Assembly (NCBI GenBank): GCA_965217185.1
Contig: OZ244252.1
Span: 1,088,001 to 1,152,000, forward strand
From: an uncultured Candidatus Entotheonella sp.
GTDB lineage: Bacteria; Tectomicrobia; Entotheonellia; Entotheonellales; Entotheonellaceae
Reading direction: 5' to 3'
DNA: 64,000 nt
Shown one piece after another: positions 52,700 to 62,391 of the stretch (positions are counted from its first letter, which is position 1; every line of letters starts with the position of its first letter). The position numbers and the translations under genes are program-made. The notes below the pieces were generated by a model. That model was given only the letters and a program-made list of their open reading frames with translations. It did not search any database and was not told the DNA's origin.

Positions 52700-53203
52700 A
52701 TGCCTGCCTCGCGTCCTGCTGAACCAACGTGGTACACGATTCTCGATACCCCCTTTGGCGCCTTGTGCATAGTCGGTACAGCTCAGGGGCTGACACACGT
52801 CGAATTTCAGGACGGCCAGCGCCCGGTACGACAGGGGCCGGATTGGCAGGAAGATCAGGGCGTTCTTGAAGAGGCGCGGAAGCAGTTGATGGAGTATTTC
52901 GAGAGGCGGCGTCAGCGCTTCACGTTACCGGTGGCGCCGGGTGGGACGCCGTTTCAGCAGCGGGTGTGGCGAGAATTGCAGCAGATTCCGTGGGGCACGA
53001 CGACAACGTACCGGGAGATTGCCGAGCGGCTTGGACAGCCAGCGGCGGTGCGGGCCGTGGGACACGCCAACGGGCGCAACCCGGTGGCCATCGTCATTCC
53101 GTGCCACCGGGTGGTGGGCGCCAACGGCCATTTGACCGGTTATGCCGGCGGCATCGCGACCAAGCGGCGCCTGCTGCAGCACGAAGGCGCCCTGCTCGTT
53201 TAG
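52700..53203 (+). CDS. ogt: Methylated-DNA--protein-cysteine methyltransferase
   Basis: [23 protein letters not shown]. Confidence 0.95.
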   Translation: MPASRPAEPTWYTILDTPFGALCIVGTAQGLTHVEFQDGQRPVRQGPDWQEDQGVLEEARKQLMEYFERRRQRFTLPVAPGGTPFQQRVWRELQQIPWGTTTTYREIAERLGQPAAVRAVGHANGRNPVAIVIPCHRVVGANGHLTGYAGGIATKRRLLQHEGALLV

Positions 53204-53212
53204 CCCCAGCTG

Positions 53213-53653
53213 TCAATCCAGCGGCGGCAGCACGTCGGGCTGGACCTGATAACCGTCGGCCAGGGTGTTGGTGGTGTTGAACAGCCCGACAATGGCCATC
53301 ACCTCGCCCAGGCCCTCGGTATCCAGGCCCAGCTTGCGCACCGCCGCCGTGTGCGAGTTGGTGCAGTACGCGCAGCCGTTGGTGGCCGACACGGCCAGGG
53401 CGATGATCTCCCGCGTCAGCGGGTCGAGCGGCGATTGGCGGCCGACGGTCTCCGGGTGCATGAGGGTTTTCAGGTTCGTCCACACCAGTTCCAGGTGGTC
53501 GGGGTTCGTCGCCAGAACGCGCCAGAAATTGGGCACGAACGACAGGCCCTTGGTGGCCTTGATGTCGGCGAATATCGCCGCCGCCTTGCCGCTGGCCTCG
53601 TCTTCGCTCACCATGCGGACGGTGGCCACCCGTTCTTCGGTCATTGTTGCCAT
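53213..53653 (-). CDS. AhpD/carboxymuconolactone decarboxylase-family protein
   Basis: REIIALAVSATNGCAYCTNSH. Confidence 0.88.
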   Translation of the reverse strand: MATMTEERVATVRMVSEDEASGKAAAIFADIKATKGLSFVPNFWRVLATNPDHLELVWTNLKTLMHPETVGRQSPLDPLTREIIALAVSATNGCAYCTNSHTAAVRKLGLDTEGLGEVMAIVGLFNTTNTLADGYQVQPDVLPPLD

Positions 53654-53695
53654 AAATCGTTGCTCCTTGCCGTCTGAATCTCTTGCCTTCCTCGA

Positions 53696-54610
53696 TTAAC
53701 CCTGAGCTGCCACCGGCTGCTCCGTTGGGGCGCGATGCCCCCAGATGCTGCCCGTCGTGTGCTGCTGCACCTGCCAGGTGCTGTCGTCCACGGTGCGCGC
53801 GCCCCAGCCGTATTCGACCTCAAAGCCCGACGGCGACGCCATGTAGAACGACACCATGTGGTCGTTGGTGTGCCGCCCCATGGTGCGGTTGATCGGCACT
53901 CCCTGGTCCTGGCACAGCGTGTACGTCGAGCCGACGTCGTCGAGCGATTGCGTCTGCAACATGAAGTGCCGAAGCCGAGGCTTGATCGACGCGGCCAGGA
54001 ACGCGACCGAGTGGTGGCGCGGGTTGCAGTGGAAAAAGGCCATGCGGGGCGAGGCGCTTCCGGCGGGGGCCATTCTGGAAGTCTGCACGAAATCGCTGAT
54101 TCGCATGCCGAGCACGTCGCGGTAGAAGTGAATGCTCTGCCCTACGTCCTCCACCACCAGCACGATGTGCCCCAGGCCCTGCGTGCCGGTCTCAAAACCC
54201 GAAATGGCGCGCGGCGAGGCGAAAGGTTGATCGTAGTTCACCAGCGGCCCGTAGAAGACTTCCGTGCGCAAGCCGTCCGGGTCGTCGAACGCAATTAGGT
54301 CCACGACCCGTCGCTGCGCCGCCAGGTCTGCGGCGCCTGCCGTTACCTCAATGCCTGCCGCATCCAATTGCCCCCGTATCGCCTTGAGGGCATGCTCGTC
54401 GGCGACTTCCCAGCCCACGTAGTCGATGTCGTCATGTCCGTTGGCCTGGAGTGCGAAACGGTGATGATACTCGTCCATTTTCAGGAACAAGGTGCCATCG
54501 GCGTCCGGCTCGTGTACTTGCAAGCCAAGCGTCCGGGTCGCAAAGCGTTCCCAGGCTTCTACGTCACTTACCCCAATTCCCAGATACCCAAGTTGGGTCA
54601 CGCGTTCCAT
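53696..54610 (-). CDS. Extradiol ring-cleavage dioxygenase (BphC/HsaC-like)
   Basis: GLGHIVL, FFHCNPRHHS, HFMLQ, GRHTNDHMVSFY..SPSGFEVEYG. Confidence 0.92.
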   Translation of the reverse strand: MERVTQLGYLGIGVSDVEAWERFATRTLGLQVHEPDADGTLFLKMDEYHHRFALQANGHDDIDYVGWEVADEHALKAIRGQLDAAGIEVTAGAADLAAQRRVVDLIAFDDPDGLRTEVFYGPLVNYDQPFASPRAISGFETGTQGLGHIVLVVEDVGQSIHFYRDVLGMRISDFVQTSRMAPAGSASPRMAFFHCNPRHHSVAFLAASIKPRLRHFMLQTQSLDDVGSTYTLCQDQGVPINRTMGRHTNDHMVSFYMASPSGFEVEYGWGARTVDDSTWQVQQHTTGSIWGHRAPTEQPVAAQG

Positions 54611-54628
54611 GTGTGCCTCCTTGTTGCG

Positions 54629-56080
54629 TTAATTGTCCTTACCGAGAAACTCTCGGACACGCTCCATCAATGGCTCTTTGGGATACAGACTGTACAGGAA
54701 ACCGGCGCGGGCCAGCGGGTCGCCGGCAAAGAAACGCTCGTAGAGTACCTGTCGGCCGCCAAAGGCGCTGCAGGCCACGTCCCACGCCAGGTGGAACAGT
54801 TGAACCCGCTCGCGAGCGGTGGCCGTGTCCGTGGCCAGATATCGCTCGATCTCCGCCGCCAACGGGGTCTCGAAGTCGGCCTCGGAAGGCAGGGCCATGA
54901 AACTGCTCGATCCCAGGAGTTGCAAAATCTCCACCATGCGGGGATAGACGCTCATAAACAGCGTGCGGATGGCTTCCAGCGGCAGTTCGTCGGGACACAT
55001 CACCCCCCACTGGTCGCGCCGCGCATCCGTCTCGGCGGCACGCAGGGAAGCCTTCATGACCTCCGTGTAGGTCATGAGCTCGGCGAGACGCTCCTTCACG
55101 TGCGGTAGTTCCTCCGAGCCCAGCGTGCGTGCCATGAGCAGGGCCACGCCCAGCACGAACTCGCTCTTCGCCACGTTTTTGACCGCCCCCTGATGGGCCG
55201 TGTGTATCGAGGAGTTGGTGGCGCGCGGCATCTCATTGAGCAGGTCCGCGTCCCCCAACAGAAAGACCCGTTCCCAGGGCACGAACACGTCGTCGAAGAA
55301 AACCGTGGCGTCCATCTCCTCGAAACGCGAGCCCAAGGGATGGTCGAAGTGGGAGCGGCCGATATCGAAACTCTCGCGGCAAAGGAATTTGACCCCTGGC
55401 GTGCTACAGGGAATGGCGAAATTGAGCACGTAGGCTTCCGATCCGGCGGCGTTCCCGCCTCCAAAACGGGGCGAGTAGACGGCGATTTCGTCGGCGATCG
55501 GCCCCAGCGTCGCCAGAATACGCGAGCCGTGCAGTAACAGGCCGGCGTCTGTTTCCCGCACCACGCGCAGCCCCACGCCCTCGGACAACTGGGATTGGCC
55601 CGGGGTGCGGCGGCGCTGCAGGTTGATCAGGGCATGGGTCAAAGTCAGATCGTTTTCCCGGATGTGCTCGTAGTACTGCCGGACGTGCGTTTTGAAGGAC
55701 AGGCGGTTCTGAGCGAAATAGTCCGCCGCGGCGCCCCAGGCGGCGAAATTGACGTTCAGAAAATCCGGCGAACGCCCCAGCATGCCGCACCCGGTGCGTG
55801 CCCAGCGCATCATCATCCTGCCGCGCTGCTGGAGTTCGAGTTGCGTCTGCGGAATGATGAAGGAGTACCCTACCCGGTCGCCGGTGGTCGGTGATACATA
55901 GGTCATCTCATCGCGCAGGTCGGCGCGGGATTGCAAGTCGTAGAGGGCTGCCACAGCCTGCACGCCGCCGCGCAACGCCGGATGCGTGGTGACGTCCGAA
56001 ATGCGTTCACCCCGCAGCCAGACCTCGCGCGGATGTTCCCGCAACCCGGTGATGTAGTCCTGTCCCGTCCGTGCCGGCAT
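54629..56080 (-). CDS. hpaB: 4-hydroxyphenylacetate 3-monooxygenase oxygenase component-like
   Basis: GRSPDFLN, ATLGP, DHPLGSRFEEMD, RQVLYERFFAGDP. Confidence 0.88.
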   Translation of the reverse strand: MPARTGQDYITGLREHPREVWLRGERISDVTTHPALRGGVQAVAALYDLQSRADLRDEMTYVSPTTGDRVGYSFIIPQTQLELQQRGRMMMRWARTGCGMLGRSPDFLNVNFAAWGAAADYFAQNRLSFKTHVRQYYEHIRENDLTLTHALINLQRRRTPGQSQLSEGVGLRVVRETDAGLLLHGSRILATLGPIADEIAVYSPRFGGGNAAGSEAYVLNFAIPCSTPGVKFLCRESFDIGRSHFDHPLGSRFEEMDATVFFDDVFVPWERVFLLGDADLLNEMPRATNSSIHTAHQGAVKNVAKSEFVLGVALLMARTLGSEELPHVKERLAELMTYTEVMKASLRAAETDARRDQWGVMCPDELPLEAIRTLFMSVYPRMVEILQLLGSSSFMALPSEADFETPLAAEIERYLATDTATARERVQLFHLAWDVACSAFGGRQVLYERFFAGDPLARAGFLYSLYPKEPLMERVREFLGKDN

Positions 56081-56163
56081 GAAGCCACTCCCTTCCGTTC
56101 ACTTCGCTTAAGGGCGGTATTGTTGGCATGGGAACAAAGAACTGGAGGGCGTCTCTACGGCAA

Positions 56164-56886
56164 TCAGTTGCCGGGCTCGTCCAGAAGGACGAGATGCAAC
56201 TCACCCGGACCATGCACGCCGACGGTGAGCTTGAGCTCAATGTCGCCGGTGCGACTGGGTCCGGTGACGAACGAGATGCAGCTGGTGAGATTCTGCTGCA
56301 CGTCTCCCCCTGTCTGCCGGACGTTGCGCAGGGCGTCGGCGAAGGTGGCGACGATCTGGTCGGTGCGGGCGACGGCGACGTGCACGGGCGGCAAGAGCGA
56401 GACGCCGCGCATCTGGCCGGGTTGCGCCGTCAGCATCAGGGTGCCCGTTTCGGCGATGACGGCATCTACGCCCGAAAGGCCTATATCAGCGTGGGCCAAC
56501 AAGTCGCGCATTTCCTGACGGCGGTCGTCGGCCTCCGTCTCGCTCCCTGGCGAAGCGGTATGCACGTTGGCGCCGCCGGCCTGCAACGCGTCGTCGATCT
56601 CCAGCGTATCCAGCAAATCCGACTGCCAGCGCACCACGACCTTGGCACCCTTCTCCTTGGCCAGACGGGTGACGTATTGCGCGGCTTCTGCCACGTGCTT
56701 GACTCGCGCCACGCTGCCGCCCACGCCTTCCAGTTCGCGCTGCAGTCGCGCCGCCAAGTCCTCGCCTTCCGTTACCAAGGAAACGACCTCACCGTTCTCC
56801 GCGGGTGCCGCTTCCGCATGGTGAGGTTGTTTCCCCGTTCGCAGGGCCTGCCGCACACGTGACAGAAAGGCTTCCCGGCTACTCAT
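56164..56886 (-). CDS. lutC: Lactate utilization protein C (LUD domain)
   Basis: IAETGT, SLLPPVH, TGPSRTGDIE..L..GVHGP. Confidence 0.9.
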   Translation of the reverse strand: MSSREAFLSRVRQALRTGKQPHHAEAAPAENGEVVSLVTEGEDLAARLQRELEGVGGSVARVKHVAEAAQYVTRLAKEKGAKVVVRWQSDLLDTLEIDDALQAGGANVHTASPGSETEADDRRQEMRDLLAHADIGLSGVDAVIAETGTLMLTAQPGQMRGVSLLPPVHVAVARTDQIVATFADALRNVRQTGGDVQQNLTSCISFVTGPSRTGDIELKLTVGVHGPGELHLVLLDEPGN

Positions 56887-56960
56887 GATTCCCCCTGAAA
56901 TGGTCCGTCCAGCAGCCTACGCAACGGCGTGGTCCGCTTCCCACAAATGCTGAGTCTGAC

Positions 56961-57377
56961 TCAATTCCGGTATTCTCCCGCTATCGCCTCCAGATTTTCT
57001 ATCCACGCCTCCAGTACCTGCAGTAGTTCCGCCTCGTCTTCAATAAAACCATGAGGATACATCTCCTCCATGTCCCCCATAAATGCCTCCGTCTTCTCCG
57101 TCGCCTCGCTATTGGGGTCCAAGCGGTAAACAACCGTTGCCAAGCGTCTGTATATCTCTCGCCTCGATCTCGTAGTCCGAATCCAGCCGGTCCAATGCGT
57201 TCCGCTTCTCCATATCCTCCAGTATCTCAAGCCATTCCTCTAGCCGTCCTTGCGCCCTCTTTTGTGAGATAAGCCGAGAACTCGATTCCGCAGGTCCCGA
57301 TCGCGGGTACAGTTTGCAAGCGGCCTTTCCCAAGCGGTCTGCTAACTCCCCCAGTTTGTCCTCAAATTCGTCGTGCA
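56961..57377 (-). pseudogene. Acidic hypothetical protein, apparently frameshifted near 57150
   Basis: GGAGG RBS, MHDEFEDK...; two overlapping acidic helical ORFs. Confidence 0.45.
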
Positions 57378-57403
57378 TGCCTCCCTCCCTGTGTGGTAGC
57401 AGA

Positions 57404-57613
57404 TCAGTCGGCAGAAGATGCGGCGGATGTCTCACCGAAGCGGCCGGCGATCCACCCCTCAATGCGGGCCAGCCGCCTGTCAAGATCCGTTAGTCTGGCA
57501 TCCACCTTCGCTTGGAAGGCATCGAGCTTGGCATCCAACTTCACGTACATGCGCCAGCCAAGCCCCAAAACAGTCACACCAACAGCAATAGTTGACCAAA
57601 ACTCAGTACTCAT
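57404..57613 (-). CDS. Small TM plus coiled-coil hypothetical protein
   Basis: 69 aa; start overlaps the lutB stop (ATGA); GGAGGGG RBS. Confidence 0.65.
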   Translation of the reverse strand: MSTEFWSTIAVGVTVLGLGWRMYVKLDAKLDAFQAKVDARLTDLDRRLARIEGWIAGRFGETSAASSAD

Positions 57614-59055
57614 ACGTCCCCTCCACCCGCGCCGTTGTGGCTGGGCTGCTCGTATTGCAGGGTGCCCTGCCAGCGCTCCCGGAAGGACTGCGGCGCAACG
57701 GCTTTGAAGTCGCGCGACTTGGTCCAGCTATGGAACGGCGGCGGTAGTTTCCCCAGCCAACCGCGCTGCGCGAAGGGCGTCTGCCCCAGCCGTGCCAGCC
57801 GCAGGGCCAACCGGTAGAGTCCCGGGCGCTGCATGATCCAGGCCCACAAAGAGAACAGCCTCCCCTCGCCTGCCGATGCGTCACCGCGGCTGACGCTCTG
57901 GCGCCGCAGGTTCAATAGCATGTGGGGGATGTTGATCTTGACCGGGCACGCCTCACGGCAGGCACCGCACAGCGTGCTGGCGCGCGGCAGATGCTTGGCC
58001 GTGTCCAGGCCGGTGAACAGGGGGGTCAGCACGGCGCCGATCGGGCCGGGATACACCCAGCCGTAGGCGTGGCCGCCGATATTCTGGTAGATCGGGCAGA
58101 CGTTGAGGCAGGCGCCGCAGCGCAGGCAGTAAAGCGCCTCGCGGTTCTCGCTGCCCAGGATGTTCGAGCGTCCGTTGTCCATGACGACCACGTGCAGTTC
58201 CTCGGGGCCGTCGAGGTCGTGCGCCCGCCGCGGTCCGGTGATCATCGTGACGTAGCTGGAAATCTTCTGGCCGGTGGCGCTGTTCGTCAGCACTTTTAAC
58301 ATTACCGGCAGATCGTCGAGCCGCGGGATGATCTTCTCCATGCCCATCAGCGCGATGTGCACCCGCGGCAGGGTGGACGACAAGCGCCCGTTGCCCTCGT
58401 TGGTGACCAGGACGATCGAGCCGGTATCGGCGATGGCGAAGTTGACGCCCGTGATGCCCACATCGGCGCGCAGAAACTGCTGGCGCAGAGCGCGGCGGGC
58501 AATCTGCGTCATGTCGGTCAGTTCTTCGGTGTACGGGTTACCGAGCTTGTCGTGCAGCAGCGAGGCGATCTGCTGTCGGGTCTTGTGGATGGCAGGCGCG
58601 ATGATGTGCGAAGGCGTCTCTTCGGCGAGCTGGATGATGTATTCGCCGAGGTCGGTCTCCAGGACCTCGTATCCCAGTTCTTCCAGGTGCGGGTTGAGGT
58701 GAATTTCCTCGGCGGCCATCGACTTGCCCTTGACGATGACCTTGGCCTCGGCCTGTTGGGCAATGCTGGTAATGATATCGCGCGCCTCGGCGTCGTCGTG
58801 CGCCCAATGCACGTGAGCACCCAGCTTGTCCAGGTTGTCGGCGAATTGCTCCAGATACGTATCGAGCTGGGCAATCGCCTGCTCCTTGACAGCGCGTGCC
58901 TGGGTGCGCAACGCCTCGGGGTCACCGAGCGCCTGCATGGCCGCCACCCGCCGGGGCTCGAATTCGGTGGTCAGGAGGTGTAGAGCATTTTGCAGCGGCT
59001 CGTCTTTCAGGGCCTGTCTGGCGTGGTCTTGAAAGCCCTCAGTTCCCAGATGCAT
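57610..59055 (-). CDS. lutB: Lactate utilization iron-sulfur protein B
   Basis: ETDLGEYIIQL, PSHI, NEGNGR, CLRCGACLNVCP, STLCGACREACP. Confidence 0.95.
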   Translation of the reverse strand: MHLGTEGFQDHARQALKDEPLQNALHLLTTEFEPRRVAAMQALGDPEALRTQARAVKEQAIAQLDTYLEQFADNLDKLGAHVHWAHDDAEARDIITSIAQQAEAKVIVKGKSMAAEEIHLNPHLEELGYEVLETDLGEYIIQLAEETPSHIIAPAIHKTRQQIASLLHDKLGNPYTEELTDMTQIARRALRQQFLRADVGITGVNFAIADTGSIVLVTNEGNGRLSSTLPRVHIALMGMEKIIPRLDDLPVMLKVLTNSATGQKISSYVTMITGPRRAHDLDGPEELHVVVMDNGRSNILGSENREALYCLRCGACLNVCPIYQNIGGHAYGWVYPGPIGAVLTPLFTGLDTAKHLPRASTLCGACREACPVKINIPHMLLNLRRQSVSRGDASAGEGRLFSLWAWIMQRPGLYRLALRLARLGQTPFAQRGWLGKLPPPFHSWTKSRDFKAVAPQSFRERWQGTLQYEQPSHNGAGGGDV

Positions 59056-59824
59056 GGTGCGGCTCCTCGGCGTTGTGACCGGTGTTCAGTAATTCGGCGA
59101 GATGCATGACCCGTACGTCTATCCCCTGCCGTCGGAGCCGTCCGGCGATGTGCATCAGGCAGCCGGCGTCGCACGACACCAGCGTATCGGCCCCGGCCCG
59201 CTGCAGACTGGCGATCTTCTTCTCAAGCATGGCGCTGGAAATCTCCGGGTACTTCACCGCGAACGTGCCGCCGAAGCCGCAGCACTGCTCCGACATCTCC
59301 GCATCGCACGCCTCGACCCCGGTAACCCGGGATATCAGTCGCCGCGGGGCTTCGGTGACACCGAGCTCGCGCTGCAAATGGCAAGAGGCGTGGTAAGCCA
59401 CCTTGCCAGAGAACGCCGCGCCAACGTCGTCGGTGCCAACAACGTTGAACAGAAACTCCGACAATTCGTAGGTGCGCGCAGCCAGCGACTCGGCCTGCTG
59501 ATGCAGGTGGGGGTCTTCGGCAAATAGATCGGGATAAAACAGGCGGATCATCGCCGTACAGGAACCCGAAGGTGCAACGACGTATTCGTAATCGGCGAAG
59601 AGGGTGAGGTTACGTTGCGCGACGAGGCGGGCTTGGTCATGAAAGCCGGCATTAAAGGCGGGTTGGGCGCAGCAGGTTTGGCCAAGGGGAAAATCGACGG
59701 CAATTCCCAGGCGGTGCAGCAGGCGTACGGTAGCTTCCCCCACTTGCGGGTAGAAGGCGTCGCCCAGACAGGTCACGAACAGGGCTACCCGCGTCGGCCG
59801 TCGGCGGCCGGTGGGTTCGGTCAT
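59039..59824 (-). CDS. lutA: Lactate utilization protein A (CCG domains)
   Basis: LFVTCL, QTCCAQP, SGSC, YHASCH, CCGFGGTF, GCLMH. Confidence 0.93.
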   Translation of the reverse strand: MTEPTGRRRPTRVALFVTCLGDAFYPQVGEATVRLLHRLGIAVDFPLGQTCCAQPAFNAGFHDQARLVAQRNLTLFADYEYVVAPSGSCTAMIRLFYPDLFAEDPHLHQQAESLAARTYELSEFLFNVVGTDDVGAAFSGKVAYHASCHLQRELGVTEAPRRLISRVTGVEACDAEMSEQCCGFGGTFAVKYPEISSAMLEKKIASLQRAGADTLVSCDAGCLMHIAGRLRRQGIDVRVMHLAELLNTGHNAEEPHHASGN

Positions 59825-59842
59825 GGGTCCTTCTCCATGGGC

Positions 59843-60064
59843 TCACGCGTTTGGATTTTTGTCCTGATCGATCTTCCGGAAGAGTTCCTGAAACTGATCA
59901 GTCAATTGATCAACTTCGCGTTTTTTCCCGCGCACACGTTGGCGGCTTAGCCATTGGATGAGGGTATAGCAGGAAAATACCCCGATGAGAAATCCGATGA
60001 TCAGACCACTGACGAACAATGGCATTACCATACGCTGAGCCCCTTTCCCAATGAGGAATCCCAA
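59843..60064 (-). CDS. Small membrane protein (start uncertain)
   Basis: One TM helix and a charged tail, upstream of lutA. Confidence 0.45.
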   Translation of the reverse strand: MGFLIGKGAQRMVMPLFVSGLIIGFLIGVFSCYTLIQWLSRQRVRGKKREVDQLTDQFQELFRKIDQDKNPNA

Positions 60065-60096
60065 TCCGACATGGAGAGCCTCGGCGAAAATCGTCC

Positions 60097-60125
60097 TTGA
60101 CGAGTCAGACCACGTTAACTAGGAT
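60097..60125 (+). promoter_or_regulatory. Sigma70-like promoter for the tRNA
   Basis: TTGACG-17 bp-TAGGAT, 18 bp upstream of the tRNA. Confidence 0.6.
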
Positions 60126-60143
60126 ACAACCCTTGTTTTTGCC

Positions 60144-60216
<73 letters not shown>

Positions 60217-60324
60217 TTCCCCATAGGTCATGATCCCGCCCACTATAAACCAGCACTTGCCAAAAGGCAAAAGACCCTCCGGCAGTTTCCTTCGCCGCCC
60301 GGCGCAGCATATAAGGACAGCAGG

Positions 60325-61911
60325 GTGAACAGCGTGGTCAAACCTTCCCTGGCGCAACGCATCGAGGCCTTGGCTGAGGAGGCCGACGCTGACGTGCGGC
60401 ATTTGCGCCGGGATTACGCGGATTTTGACAAGTTCATCACACAGCGATTCCAGCGGCTCGACGAAGCGCAGCAGCGGATCGTTCTGGCAGCCCTGCGGGC
60501 TGACGAGGCGGCTGATCTGGCGCCGTCGCTAGAACGGTGGAGCCGCGCATCCGAGGTGCCCCTGGTGGTTCGGGCTGAGGCGCTTGAGGTCCTCGAAGCC
60601 TTGGGATGTTCGGTTGATGCCGACTACCTTGCAGCCCTGCGACAAGCGGCCGAGGTGGTGCGGCAACTGGACGCGGACGAACCGCCGGAACTTAGCGACG
60701 ACGAGATGCTGACGGCACCGCTGGATGCCGCGGTACGGGCCTTGCCCCTGCTTTTGGCGGTGGACGTGGCGCGGCAGGTTGCCTTGGGCGATCTGGTACG
60801 GGGCCTTGCGGTCCTGCGCACGGTGCGGCCGAATGTCCAGGTAGCGGATTTGCCGGTCCTGGTGGACGGGCTTGCTGCCATCCCGCTGACCAGCAGCGCC
60901 ATGATCCTGATGGAAATCCTTTCCGATTCTCCTCCCAAGGCCTTGCAAAAGGCAGTCAAAAAAGCCCTGCACCGCCTCAAGTCGCGGGGCGTCATCTTCA
61001 ATGAAAATCAGGCCCCGCGGCACGTTGTGCTTGGCGGCGCAGTGAGTCGCCTGGAGCGCTGCCTGGCAAGCTTCATCGACGGCTCCGGGGACCGTATGAT
61101 CCTGATGATCCGCACCCGACCGGGTGGCGGCTATCAGATCGCTTATCTGGTTCTCAACTACGGCATGGGCATTCGTTTTGCCAGGGCACTCCAGATGAGC
61201 CGGCGCGAGTTGCCCGAGATGCTCGAGTCGGTACAAGCGCAAGCGCCGCTTATCGATCTGGAGCCCGCCCACTGCCAGCGTCAGATCGCTCTGGTCCAGC
61301 AGATGAACCTCGCCACGCGAACGCCTGTGCCGGAGGAATTCTTCATGCTGCGCGATCTCATCGGCGAGCCGGAGACGATGCCGGAAACCGGTGCGATTTA
61401 CGAGGCGCTCAGCCCGGAAGAGTTGGAATTGGCCAGAGCTCAGGACGCCCACGCCAGCGACCTGCTGGAACTTCCCGAGCTGGCCGGTTGGACCCTGCCG
61501 GAGTCGGTGGTGCAGACGTACGCTGACGCCATGGCGGAGATCGACGAGAGCAAGATCGTGGTTAGCGAGGCAATACAGCGGGAGCGAGTTGATCGCATCT
61601 TCGAGAGCGCCATGCAGGAGGTGCTGGGGGAAGGATCGCGCGCCATCATGCGTTTGCGCTTAGAGGAAACGGCTTATTACTTCCTGCAAACGGACCGGCG
61701 CCTGGAGGCCCTGTGGGCCTTGGCAGCGGCGGAGTCTCTGCTCGATGACAACCCGGACCGTTTGCGCCTCAATCCCTTCGCCGGGGCATTGCTGGAGCGT
61801 AGCCTGGAAGGTGCCAAGAAGCGCCCCGGAAATCGTATTGTGATGCCCTTCTCTACACCGTCTGCCGGGGCGCCGCCTGCCCCGAGCGGTGAGTCGCGTC
61901 TGATCATTTAG
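60325..61911 (+). CDS. Helical hypothetical protein
   Basis: 528-aa ORF with host-like codon usage; KKALHRLKSRG, IDGSGDR, RLEETAYYF. Confidence 0.75.
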   Translation: MNSVVKPSLAQRIEALAEEADADVRHLRRDYADFDKFITQRFQRLDEAQQRIVLAALRADEAADLAPSLERWSRASEVPLVVRAEALEVLEALGCSVDADYLAALRQAAEVVRQLDADEPPELSDDEMLTAPLDAAVRALPLLLAVDVARQVALGDLVRGLAVLRTVRPNVQVADLPVLVDGLAAIPLTSSAMILMEILSDSPPKALQKAVKKALHRLKSRGVIFNENQAPRHVVLGGAVSRLERCLASFIDGSGDRMILMIRTRPGGGYQIAYLVLNYGMGIRFARALQMSRRELPEMLESVQAQAPLIDLEPAHCQRQIALVQQMNLATRTPVPEEFFMLRDLIGEPETMPETGAIYEALSPEELELARAQDAHASDLLELPELAGWTLPESVVQTYADAMAEIDESKIVVSEAIQRERVDRIFESAMQEVLGEGSRAIMRLRLEETAYYFLQTDRRLEALWALAAAESLLDDNPDRLRLNPFAGALLERSLEGAKKRPGNRIVMPFSTPSAGAPPAPSGESRLII

Positions 61912-61953
61912 TTGGTCTGTTCAAGTTCTGTCAGCCGATAAGGTGCTCAGTCT

Positions 61954-62391
61954 ATGACCACACGCGTAACCGAAATTCCACCGGCCTCCTCGGTTGTCGC
62001 CGCGGCGTATTTCGAGTCGCAGATGAAGCTGACGACCGATTGCTGGGATGTGCATGAAGCAATGAATGGGGGCCATGCGGATTTCGTGTTGCTTGACGTA
62101 CGCAGCCGTGAGAATTTCCGGGAAGGCCATGTGCCGGGAAGCGTTAGCCTGCCGCATGGGGAGATTTCCGAGGCCGAGTTGAGGACATACCCGTCGGATA
62201 CCGTCTTTGTCGTATATTGTGCCGGACCGCACTGCAACGGTGCGTATCGTGCGGCGATTCGGCTGGCTCACCTCGGCAGGCCCGTAAAGATGATGATCGG
62301 AGGGGTTACGGGTTGGCAGGCGGAGGGCTTCTCCCTAGAGCCCCAGTTGATGCCCGTTGTTGGCGTCACATCAGGAGGTTTATCGTGTTGA
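61954..62391 (+). CDS. Rhodanese-like domain protein
   Basis: LLDVRS, GHVPG, VYCAGPHCNGA, GGVTGW. Confidence 0.9.
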   Translation: MTTRVTEIPPASSVVAAAYFESQMKLTTDCWDVHEAMNGGHADFVLLDVRSRENFREGHVPGSVSLPHGEISEAELRTYPSDTVFVVYCAGPHCNGAYRAAIRLAHLGRPVKMMIGGVTGWQAEGFSLEPQLMPVVGVTSGGLSC

